From Ascidiella aspersa (Eukaryota), in contig OZ004607.1 in assembly GCA_963924565.1 (NCBI GenBank), positions 7,812,001 to 7,876,000 on the forward strand: 64,000 nt of DNA. Reading direction: 5' to 3'. Of this stretch, positions 33,201 through 45,200 are shown piece by piece. The translations under genes were made by a program, and so were the position numbers. How positions within the stretch are numbered: the first letter of the stretch is position 1; every line of letters starts with the position of its first letter. The notes beneath the pieces are model-generated. The model was not told the DNA's origin and searched no databases. It was given only the letters and a program-made list of their open reading frames with translations.

Positions 33201-36200
33201 TATCAGGTGACAAAGAGAAGGTGTTTTTGCGTCTCATGAAAAACATTTAATTAAATCCAATGCTTCTTAGGAACATGTCATACATCTACTGTATATCCAC
33301 ATGGACCAAATATATTTGTCCTTCTCATCACAAAAACGTTTTTATTAAAGTTGAGCGAACGTCGATTAGCCATTGATGTTCAGTGTTTTCTTATTTTAAA
33401 GCTGTCAAAGGCACGTTGAACACATAGTTCAACAAAGCTTTCTGTGTTAAAAAGAATCACAGGGTTGAAAATGACAGGTTGAAAAAACTCTAGTAAATGC
33501 ACTTTAAGGTTGCGTATATGTACATTTTCTTTTATTCAACATCAAACGAACCATTCTAATTTTTCCACTAAACTGGATCTGTAAAAAATCACTCACAAAC
33601 ACAAAGTGTACCACTAAAATTCCGGACATGTCTGTAAAAATTCGAAGGTATAAATTTTTTATACGTTTTTTTTACTGTACAAAAGTCTTGACCTGTTTTT
33701 CCACGGGTTTTAAACTTACACTTTCACTTTATTTATACTTTTTATATAAGCTGGCTAACGCATTCTCGTTTTAATTATTAACCCTGATGAGGTCTGCTGC
33801 CGTTTGATGCGTTCTTTATTTCACCAGAAGAGCGATTTCTAACTATTAATATGCTGCCTGGTGGCGCTAACTCTACTTGGAGTTTTACTGTTGATATACT
33901 CGTCGGGCCGTCGGTGGAGCAGTGATGGACAAGCAGAAACCTACTGCCAAACACAAACAAACACACAAGGCAGAGAAACATAGACAACACACACCAACGC
34001 AAACACACACAGAAGCAAACACACACAAAGACACATAGACAGACACATACACACACAAACACACACACATACAAACAAACAAACAAACACACAAACGCGT
34101 TTCTGATTCAATAAATTATATAATTCCTATAAAGGTGGTGCGAAGCGGCGGCGACTTAAACTCGACTCTGTACGTCGACTACCGCACCGTGGACGGCACG
34201 GCCAACGCCGGCTCCGACTTCGAGTTTTCCGAGGACACGATCGTCTTCAAGCCGGGAGAGACGATCCGGACGATTCGAGTTCGCATCCTGGACGACGACA
34301 TCTTCGAGGAAGACGAGTACTTCAGCGTGGAGCTCTTCAACGTGAGGAGCGGATCGGCAGACGGGATGTTCGACACCAGCGGTGACGCGAGACAACTGGC
34401 GCGCCTCGAACCGCCAGCCACCGCCCACGTTGTGATCCTGGACGACGACCACGCAGGAGTGTTCACCTTCTCTGAGGAGAAGATATCGGTGAGTTGTTGT
34501 TTGATTCGGGTTTCACGGAGGAATAGAAGGTCTATGAACTTTTATTAACGCGGATGTCTGAACAAATTGTTTGGTTGGTTCAGGGTCGGCATGCAATTTT
34601 TTGAAAAAAGGACGTCATGAGACATGAACAAGTAGACGTAATAAACCTGCTTTTTTAAGTCCAACAAATGCGAAACTGAAAAAAGCGCCAAAGCGTCCTG
34701 TTTATAATTAAACTCTTCTTAAAGTTTTGGGTTTTAGGGAGTTGAGTTTTTGACTTTGGTTTAGTTAAGTTTAAGCACGGCTTTCGAACTTTTCATTCTG
34801 CCACCTCATTAAACGTTTACACGACCATTTACGTTTGATGCTAATGAAGCATTTTTATTGTCTGCTTTGTCGCGCAATTTTCGAAGTAATATGCCCGACA
34901 GGGTCGAAGGGAAACAGATTGTTCGTTACATTAAAAATTTTCGCACACCAAGCCCTGCCATTTGTTTAAGCATAGTGTAGGTTAATGTCACTTTGGATCG
35001 TTTTAACTTTTTTGATTTAAAACATTTCCATCGAAAATTGATCTACAGCGTTTGGTAAGTGAAGTAAGGACTGCTTTCAGATCACCACTTTAAAGGACCT
35101 CGTTTTAAGATAATCAAACACCAATGTATAAAGCGATATGAGAGGTCCATCACGCCAAGCGATTTTTCTAAAGTGGAATACTTGACGAGGCGCTTTGTCA
35201 GCTCTTTAATTCTACTTCGTTGTGTACTTTGCTAAGCCACGAACTATAGTACTTTGCTAAGCCACGAACTATAGTACTTTGCTAAGCCACAAACTATAGG
35301 CCCAAACACCACAAAATCAATCGTTTCCAAGTTATTGTGATACGAGGCGTACAGCAGCAAAACGGTCAGCGAGACGTTGACCTTGACTGTCAACGCTCTG
35401 ACCTCTAAATCGACAGCACAGTGCGTCATTTGTCCTTGGCGCGGTGCCAGGACGCGGGAGGGGCCTAAAATAAGCAACGCGCAGCGCGTTTCTGCTCGGC
35501 ATTGTCCGAGGTGCCAAGACGTCACCTTTGACAAATCAGGCCGCGATCCAATCGACACGCCGGCTTGCAAATCAACACGTCGCCTGTTTGCTTTATCGTG
35601 TAAGCCACGCAGCGGCGCGACACTGCCGGGTAGAAGTGTTGTGTTAGGTGCCGTTTACCTCTGTGACGCTAATCGTGGTTTTAGGGGGGTCTTGCCCGCC
35701 CCAGACGAGCCCACGGCTCCAAAGAGACAGCACAAAAGAGGCACTGTCCTGATATCGGCCAGTTTTTTAGGCTAATTCAAAGAGTTCCTATAGGCGTTTC
35801 GATTTATATTTTACGTTCCATTTAAATGGCTCATTTGAAAGTATTCAAGCAAGTGATTTTCTTACTTCTCGGCCAGTTAACTTAACTACGTTAAGAGTCC
35901 CCAATGATTCTTCCTATTTTTTTACATTTGAACAGCTTAGATGTAATAAGGTTTCAATCTCGCCTTGGTGATGTCAGCTAGCTTCTATCGCCTAATCGTC
36001 TGTTTTTACTTTGTCTACGCCAAATGAGCAACTTTTGTAGATTTGTATAAGGCTCTTTTCCAAAAAGCATCACGGCGGCCACAAAAATCATTGCGCGCCA
36101 CAGTTCAGAGCGATGGTGTAACTGTAAGGCCATGTTTTTGTCGTAACATCACGGCCGTGTAATCCGAATTGTAAAAAATGGGCCCCGCAATTTTCTGGCC

Positions 36201-39200
36201 GCTTTTAGAGGCCTGCAACTCAATAGTCGAAGATAGGCCGGCCTACAATCCTAAAGCACGTCTGTTTCACAGTGGCCTTGTTCCCCAATAGCCATACTTA
36301 GGCCGGCCTGCAATCCTAAAGCAAACCTGTTTCACGGTGGCCTTGTTGCCCAAAAGCCATACTTAGGCCAGCCTACCTAAAGCAAGTCTGTTTCAAAGTG
36401 GCCTTGTAACCCAATAGACGAAGATAGGCTGGCCTGTAATCCTAAAGCAAGCTTGTTTCAAAGCGTCCCTGTAACCCAATAGCCTGGCCTGCGCGTCCGG
36501 GATGCTGGACTCTGTCAGCGCCCGCCCGAAACCCTGTAAGGCGTCGTGCGTCATTCGGTGCGCCGCAATTGTGCCGGCGATCAATAGCCCGGGACCAAAA
36601 TAGCACCAGGACGAACACAAAGGGAGCGAAAGTCGCCCGTTAAGTTGCTGCCACTGCTTGTTCCGTTAGCCGCTTCCGCGCAGGTCGGAGCGCTTTTGGC
36701 GTGTTTACGGCGCGATCTTGTGTCCTGGAAGCGTGCATTTAGACGCTCGGTCCAGTGTCGGTCCTCCCCTTATGGCAAGATAAGGCAGAAAGGCTCTGTT
36801 ATTTTATTTGGTACCCGGATTTAACGATGCTATTACAGTATATAAATATCTGCCAACTTACATTTCTAACGGATTTCGCCTTGAATTAAGGCGCCGAAAG
36901 ACCTTAACACATTTTGTGACGTTCCACGAGGCGTGCGTATACAACAACCAACGGAAATATAAAAATAAGACGGCACTGCCGCAGAATATACTCCCGATTA
37001 GCTTTACGTGGCAGCTTTTTAATCGAATAAAGTTGACGATCTTTGGGTATAAACTGGTGTTGCCTTCAGGTTTATACTGGCGAATGACGCGAATAAGCCG
37101 TTTTTGCGTAAAATTAACTGGCCAATGAGAGTTGAAGTTAATGGCCCATCACCTGGATTATATGCTTTTATGTAACGCCAATGTCATTTTCTGAAACACT
37201 TAACTTTTTAACCTGGTATTCCACTATTTTGCTTACTTGTAAAACCGGAAGGCTGTATCAGCTTTTCAAACAAGGAAGTTTATAAAATACGTGGGTGGTA
37301 TAACAATATACAAACTACCTATTGTACAAAAGCTGTGAAATATTTCAATGAAATTCGTTGATCCTAAATCCTAACATTCGTCTACCAATTTAAAAAAATG
37401 TTGCGAGTACCTCTTAACCTAAACATTCTACTGGTCCAAGTTTGCGAACCACTGCTGGTGTTACTTGAGTAATACCCACATCAGGGTAAATACTTAAAAC
37501 AAGGAATCATAAATTCAAATGTATAGCTGTAATTATTATTGGAGTACATAGGTTGCGGATTTTGTTAAGGACTTTAATCCCTACAATAAGATGTGAAGTT
37601 TCGCAACTTAGATGTCGGACTGTCGGTGCAGGTCTGCATCAACAGGCGACAACCCTTGCTATTTAGTTATATATTACCAAATAGACAGCTGTAATATTAC
37701 ACGGAAATTACAGTTTAAAAATCAGTAAAAGTAGTGTAATTTTATAAGATAAGAATTTCTCAAGCAAACAAGTCTACCTATTTACTAGAATTTTTTTTAC
37801 AAATAAAAACAGTAGCCATGATTTTCTTAGAAAGGCACTTTTTCAAAGTGTGGTCAATACATAAGAACTCTATGTTTAAAAAAAATAAAGGTTTTCAGCC
37901 TCATCTTGTAAACGCTATCTGTATCATGCCGCCAACAGATTTTCTGTTTTATTATTTTAAATAGAGCCCCACCACTAAATACACTCATAAACACAGACTC
38001 CTTGAAACAAAAACTTAACGGAAGAGCTTGTTTAGAGAGAGCATTAATCATTCATGCTTGCGTAAGCGTGCGGCAAACTTGCGTGGACGTTATCTCGGCG
38101 TTCTGTCACGTACGTTAACCGCTCTGTTATCCGATGCGTCATCAGGACTTTACCGCACATAGACAACGCACACGCCTTAAGAATAAGCAAGGTCCTAGAA
38201 ATGACCTGGGCAAACTTGGCGCGCCGATTTTTTTGGCAATATGTCGGAGAGTTGTGCGGCTAATAGAGATGATTTTTTTATACAGTCCTTGCATTGACTT
38301 TAGCAATCCAGCAAACACACTTTTAGCTAGAAATGCAGTAAGGAAGCTAGGATTCGTACGCGGCGCGAGTTAATTTTAAATTTGGTGCAAGTCTTTAAGT
38401 TATGGGCTTCATGTTTATTGCAAGTTCAGTTAAAATAAACGTCCCAACGATAAGTGAAACAAGAAGTTGTTTTAAAAGTTGTGTTCCAGGTTCAAATACT
38501 TGCATAAATTATAAAGGCCATTTTATGTTTTAATGGCTTAATTTAAGTAAATGTTCAGATTTCGTGAAACATGTAAAGCTACGTTTTATGTATAATGGGT
38601 TCCATTTTGGTTGTTTTATGATTATTATATACAAATCTTAAACGCAATAAACACTGTTGAAAATCAGGTTTTACTATTCTGAATATAAACACTGCTACTC
38701 TGGTTAAACATTAAATAATAAATACATAGCAGTTATCCGACCTTTGACCTTTCAACCCTCTATGTCACAGGTCAGCGAGGGCGTTGGAATTCTCAAGGTG
38801 GAGGTGTCCAGGAATTCGGGGGCCAGGGGGAGGGTGATTGTCCCCTACAAGACGATCCCCGGAACCGCCAAGGGAGGAGGCGAGGACTTTATCGACGCAA
38901 TTGGGGAGCTCGAGTTTGAAAACGACGAGACGACGTAAGTTTTTTTTGTTTTGAAAGAAATTTCTCGCAGTAAATAGGGATTCTATATGTAACCGAGTGT
39001 TGCTCATCCAGCAGTTTTATTAAAACAGAACAATGTTATTTTATTTGCAGTAGTTATAGCCTATGATTACAAGTCGTTAATGGATATAAGTGAAACATTA
39101 TTAGACGTTGCGCTTCACCATAATCCGATATCATTGCAATGATAAAAGGCGTAATATAGCTATTTAAATTTCCCACGATATACTAAAATATGATTAACAT

Positions 39201-42200
39201 ATAGAATCCTGAAATCAGCTATTGCTGACAGGCATCGTGTATAACCGAGTATTGCTCATCCAGCAGTTTTATTATAAACAATAGACGTTTTCAAGTGCTA
39301 TACAAGACACTTTCATCAGGATAATGCAATTGCAAGCAATTTGTCACATTATAAGTAATCTGTTTTGCAAGATATGCCATTATCCTGATGAAAGTGTCTC
39401 GTATAGGACGTCGAAACTAAGTTGAATCGTCGATTGTTTATAATAAAACTGCTGGATGAGCAATACTCGGTTATACATTATGCCTGGCAGCAATAGCTTA
39501 TTTTAGGATTCTATGTTAATAATATTTTAGTATATCGTGGTAAAATTTAAATGTCCATAAAACGTATTTTTTATTGGAAAGATATCGGATAGTACTGAAA
39601 TGTAACGTTTGACAATGTTCCACTTATATCAATTCACGATTTGAAATGATTTGCTATAACAACTGAAAATATAATAACATGGTTCTGATATAACTATAAC
39701 CATTGGACGTTGAGTTATAGTAGAGCGACATCTTAAATACGTTCTGTTTTTAAATAATTGTATATTTTTTTTATCATATGTACGATTCTCAAGTCTTCGA
39801 AATATGTTCCTTAGTAATTATAAATTTCTGTCCATAATCTCTGATCAGGACCGTTTTTATTTTTTGGCTTTTATCCAAGATTTTGACCAGGTCATATATT
39901 TTATCTATTTATAATTTTTAATTTCTAACTTCATATTAAAATGTAGTCACTTTAGTGTTTAGGCCTATTGTAAGCCTAATTAAATGCGAAGAATATTTGT
40001 CTATCTTTATTAACAGTTTTTTTACATTAAGATTATTAGCCTTGTGTAGAACATAGATAATGTATTTTGGAGAACATAAAAGTAACATCTTCGGTTTTCA
40101 AACCGCTCTCTTTCTACTTTCTCTGCTCCTTCTTAGTTCTTCTATAGTTCAAAAAACTCATGCTTCATTTAAACCAACTTAACGGTCGAGCGTACAATGA
40201 CCTTTCAACTGTCGTCTTATCCAGCTGTCGCGTCTATTAGTGTCGGCTCTCTGGGAATGCGACTTGACATAATTATAGCTAACTTGTGGTTTAAAATGGT
40301 CCAAGGTTTAAATTTGCGAATGACGCGTATAAGCGGTTTTGCTAATTTTAAAAGCGAACAAAACGAACCGCTAATGGAAGTTTAACGTCAATGGTCCGTC
40401 ACCAAACCGGATTAAATGCTTTTATGTAACGCCAATGTCATTTCCTAAATCACTTTCTGTTCGGCCAATTAATTATTCTAAAGTGGTGGTTTAAGTGTAT
40501 CAATGGGGGTTAAAACTGTTTTTTTTTTAAATGAATCGTCGACAGATTTAACAACACATTCAGAAAGTTTTATTGGATAATGAACAATGTGGGGGTAGTC
40601 TTCACATAGACTACCATGGAAATGGGGCAACATGTGTTTATAAAGATACTAACCACAAAAATACGTTTAGCTGATCGAAGCACCACAAGCCCGCATAAAA
40701 ATCAAACGGTTATTAAGGTTTGATTGTCGACTAAATGGATCTCATAAAAGATTTGAGGTTTACTTGTAATCCTGTTGGTTCGATATGGATCAGTTAGACC
40801 AGTGGTTCTCAACCATTTACTTTCTTGGCCCAATTTCGTTGCACAAAAATTATGTGGCCCAATAAATGTTTATGAAAAAACAACTATATGAAATAGGTTT
40901 AGAACAAAACACAGCAGAACATGTTTGAAAACAGATTATTTCTTTAACCGTACAATAGTGAGATACTAGCTGCTGAACAATATATTTACCTTCCTTCTGT
41001 AAAATTAAGTGTAGTGACACAAATAAAACTTAATTCTTCATTAAATCTAGCTTTATAAAATTGGTCTGTGGCTCACTCAAAATGTTCCCATGGCCCACTA
41101 GTGAGCCATGGCCCACTGGTTGAGAACCGCTGAGTTAGACGAAGAACCTTGCCTGCTAATCATATAAATCCAAAAAGCAGCGCAATTTACAAAAGCTTTT
41201 GGGCGGGTTTGCTGCATAGCTTGATTAAGCAAAGGTGGAGATCGTTTACTCTTGATGGTGAAATTATCTCTTAGGCAAAAACCGGATCGAGGTATAGGCC
41301 AGTTTCCATGGACGCTTTTAATTGGTGCAGACTTCCCTACCAAGTCATGTTTTTATGTTTTCCATTTTGGGTCTACAGTAGTAACGTGACGTCTCTACAT
41401 TCAGCCCCGACACACCTATTTTCGCCCTGCTTTATACGATTTGTGCACAGCTAAGAAGTAAACCGTCATTAGCTGAAGACCGCCTGTGAAAATACGTCAC
41501 GAATTCTTTGATATTTTTAAACAGAAAAGCTTGTCTCGACGATATGCAACAAAGCAATAAAACAATTTACAGCCTTTTGTATAGGGCTGTGAAAACAGGC
41601 TAATCAATACTTTTTCATTCATTAATCATTTAGAGAAGATAGGATAAAACACTATAGCCCCAAAAAACTGGCGCCTTCTAAACAACATCGTAAACAATGG
41701 CGTCACGATTTTTTTTCTGTCTTAAGCGCGAGCCGAAGACGTTCAGGTGGCGACCAGGTACGATTTGTCTTCGTGCATAATTCATCCACGTTCATTGGCG
41801 CGCACGTGCCTTTCGCGCGTGAATCGTACGCGTAACGTCTGCGGATTAACGTCCGCAACGTAACGACGTTGAAGATAATTACGCGCGTGATTTCGCAAGG
41901 CGTAAAGAAGCCGTTAACCAAGTCAAGCAGTTTGGCGTTTTATAGTTTGGAAGTTTTATTACGCTGTAGGGTTTTCGCGAATATGTTACCTCTCTAACAA
42001 ATAGCGCGTTTTGTGATTATGTTCGAAAAGTCCCAATTGTACTTCAAGGAAAAATTTAACAAAATGTGATCATTTTTTTTGTTTTTTTTTGCTTTTTTTT
42101 TCCACAAAGTGTGTTTTAGTTTTACTAATTTTTTACTAAAATTTGCAAAAAAAATTTAGTGTTACGAAATTTAACTATAATTTTACTGACGTTTTCCCCC

Positions 42201-45200
42201 CAATTCGTTTTTTTTAAAAATAGTGTTAAAAAATAGTTGTCAGTTTCAATAACGAAAAGTTTCCCAGTTTCACGAAATGTGATTCAATTTAACGAAGTAA
42301 TTTCTATTTGAAAATGATTTTTACTTGATGAAATTTTTGAAATGATTTTACTTGATGTGATCCATGTTCGCGAAGCTTTTTCAATTTAGCTTACCGTTTC
42401 CGAATTTCATGAATTGTAAAAAAATCCCGTCATGTTATCCTACACAATATCTAATGTTATTTGCTGCAAAACGCAATACAACACTTTATACAGTTCGAAC
42501 TCTCCTAAAAGCCTGTAGGTGTATTCTACGTCAAATCAAGCAAACAAACGTCCTATACGTGGAATTCCGCTACACCTGTTTTACCGCGCTCGAGCACGAA
42601 ATCAGTGTGGTCTCCAAATTGCCATCTGCGCATTTATTGTAGTGAGACAGTCGTTGTATGTCGTTGCAAGAGAGAAGGACGTCTATTCGAGACTAATGAA
42701 TAATTCAAATCACCACCTTGCAATGATCGCCCGATCCGGAGCACTACTCTGTCGCTTGGTGTATTGAGGATTGGGCTCAGTGCGCTATAATTAACAGGGC
42801 AAAATTAAAACAAGAAATTTTTGTAGACAAAGCCTTTGGCTGCCATTGTCAACGGACTTTAGGATTTTTTGGTAGATGGTGATAAAGAATGTCGCTCTTC
42901 ATAGACGTGAATGATTTTAAAAGGATTTCAGTAAATACCTGTCAGAAATTCCTATATTAAGAACCGCCGAACAATATTTCCTAATTTGAAAACAAAAAGA
43001 GTCTTGTATAAAGTGATAACAGCGAAAATTTTAAATGTCACAAATAATTTTTTAACCCTGGTGATTTGATCACGGCGAAATTTTACTTTGAGGTACTGCA
43101 CTGCAATTGCACGCCCAACACACACTCAATAACCCACGCACACACGTTCAACAGTGCCTTCATCTGTCTAGCACATCAAATAGAAGACCCTCGTGTTTAC
43201 TATTATATTAAACCGACCGATGTTAATTGATTCCGGCAATAATCGAAATTCCCGTCAAAGATTTTTTTCGTTTCGACGTCGATCAACCGCGACCCGCGAC
43301 CCGACGATCGACCAGGATCAAATTGGTCGAAAGATAATCGCACTTTCTCTGTCAGCCTAGGTTTACGTGGGTAGGAACCCGCTTAATGTCCTTACGATCG
43401 TTACTGAATCGCCCGATATATATTTTTAGCACAATTGTGAATGGATCAGTGTAACAAAATTCCAGCAATGTATTAAAAGCAGTGTATAAACATTTTGAAA
43501 AGCAAGGAGAAGCTCTTTTAACTTAATTTAAACTTTATTAGTATATTTTGGAAAATGTTAGACCAATTCTGCTAATTTGGTTTTTACTTAAAAAATTGAC
43601 TTGGCAAAGTTATTGCTTAGGTTCGTAAATTCCACAGCTATACAATTTTTAAATGTATAAGTGCAAGGTTTTCTTAGATTTGAAGCTACAATTAATGGCC
43701 ATCCAAACTTCGATGTCTTTAAATTGGCCACTAAATTTCCCAAAAGACCGATCGAGTAACGCACGAATTAGTTTCCTCCCACGCTTACCAGTACGAGCGA
43801 ACTACTTGCTATTACAAAGTGCGTTAAAATTTTAGGCTGAGGGTCACTGCCTTTAGAAGTTTGTGCTCTATTAAACGCTGTTTTTAGCACGCCTCACTGG
43901 GCATAAATTTCCACAATCTGTTAAATTGCTAAGCGTTTTAGGCAATTACTTTTAATCCGAAGTTAAAGATAATCTAAATTCTAGATCGATTAATCGGGCG
44001 AAGTGCGGATTAATTTTGAATCACGTATTTAATTTCGCGGATTAAAAAATAGGATTGGTTATGGTTGCACTATACACTGTGGAATCATTTACCATACATG
44101 TGACCATACTGAAAAACAGGAACGTATTTTAAATATGTGCCTCCCTCCTTGGCACATGTTTCAAGGCACCAGAAAAATTGTTATGACAGACACAAAATGC
44201 AAAAGTGTGTGCAGCCATTTACTGAAAAATATATAAAAGTATCACTTGGCCAACTGACTCGATAACAACCCCTTGTTTTTTTAACCTTTTGCTACTTGTG
44301 GTTAAATTTGTGGCCAAAAATAAAAGAAAAACAGAAATCAAAAAAAGAAAAAATAAATGAATCTCCCTATTGATTTATCATGCTTATTCGCGAAAACGCA
44401 AAACTTGTACCAATGTTTTACTTAACATTTTATTTAGGAGCCTATGATACAAGATTTCGCGTGTTTGCCTTTGGTAGGCCCCGAACCTTAAACGCCCAGA
44501 GCCATTGCCTGAAAATTGCCTTGTATAAGGAACATAGAGTAAACCGATTGTTTTTTCAACCTGAACAACAACAGAAAGTGCATTCACGTGCAAATCGTGG
44601 ACGACGAGGAATATGAGAAGAACAAGAGCTTTTCCATTGAGATCGCGACGCCCAGAATCGTGGCCGAGGACGGCGAGTCAGGTTTGTGGCATCCGTCAGT
44701 CGCCACTGACAGGAACACTTGCCGTGTCCGCATGCCAGTGTTCTTAGTGTGTGTCGCGAGGCTTGGGCTTCGGTAGGATGCTCGGTTTGTTCATTGTCAT
44801 GTCTTGGAGTCTCTGGCGTTTGTTTGCTTTTATCACGCCGTGGCCACGTCACTGTTGTCGTTGTTTTATTTTGTTGTTGTAGTTGCGGAATGAGTTGTCC
44901 ACTTTCATGTTTGCCTGATCTTTACGTAACGTTTTGCCTGAAAGAGTCCGTTTTCGACTCACAGAAATCACGCTTTGCTTAGGGAGAATATTAACATTGC
45001 GTTTACAGCAAATTAGAGCGTATAGCGCTTTTTTATTGAAGGCAGCAGCCTCTGTCCATTCCTGGCTAAGAAACATTTTCTTAGATAATTTTCTTTATGG
45101 GTAAACTTCCATGGATTTACATTAAAAATTCCAAGATTTTGACGTCCTATGCAAAACAACTGAATTGGGGTGTTACAAAGTAATGTCACAAGGCGTTTTG

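Larger units (their letters stand above)
39026..39687. repeat. ~660-bp imperfect inverted repeat, probably derived from Penelope-like element termini
   Basis: Arms ~39026-39338 and ~39361-39687 are reverse complements (e.g. taaccgagtattgctcatccagcagttttattataaacaat / attgtttataataaaactgctggatgagcaatactcggtta); an extra partial copy lies at 38977-39022. Confidence 0.9.

Noticed and set aside
33784-33830. Other CTGATGA/TCATCAG heptamers (e.g. near 33784, 19966, 19125, 22327, 61603, 63206) as hammerheads
   Set aside because: None has a paired stem II followed by GAAA and a UH cleavage triplet.
33778-34094. Cys/Val-rich minus-strand ORFs
   Set aside because: Translations of the (TG)-rich microsatellite.
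35224-35299. Short direct repeats as a CRISPR-like array
   Set aside because: Head-to-tail tandem copies without spacers, in eukaryotic intronic DNA.
42640-42767. [15 protein letters not shown], loosely resembling the A exon
   Set aside because: Would need a GAG acceptor, has no phase-1 donor, and the similarity stops after the Tyr.
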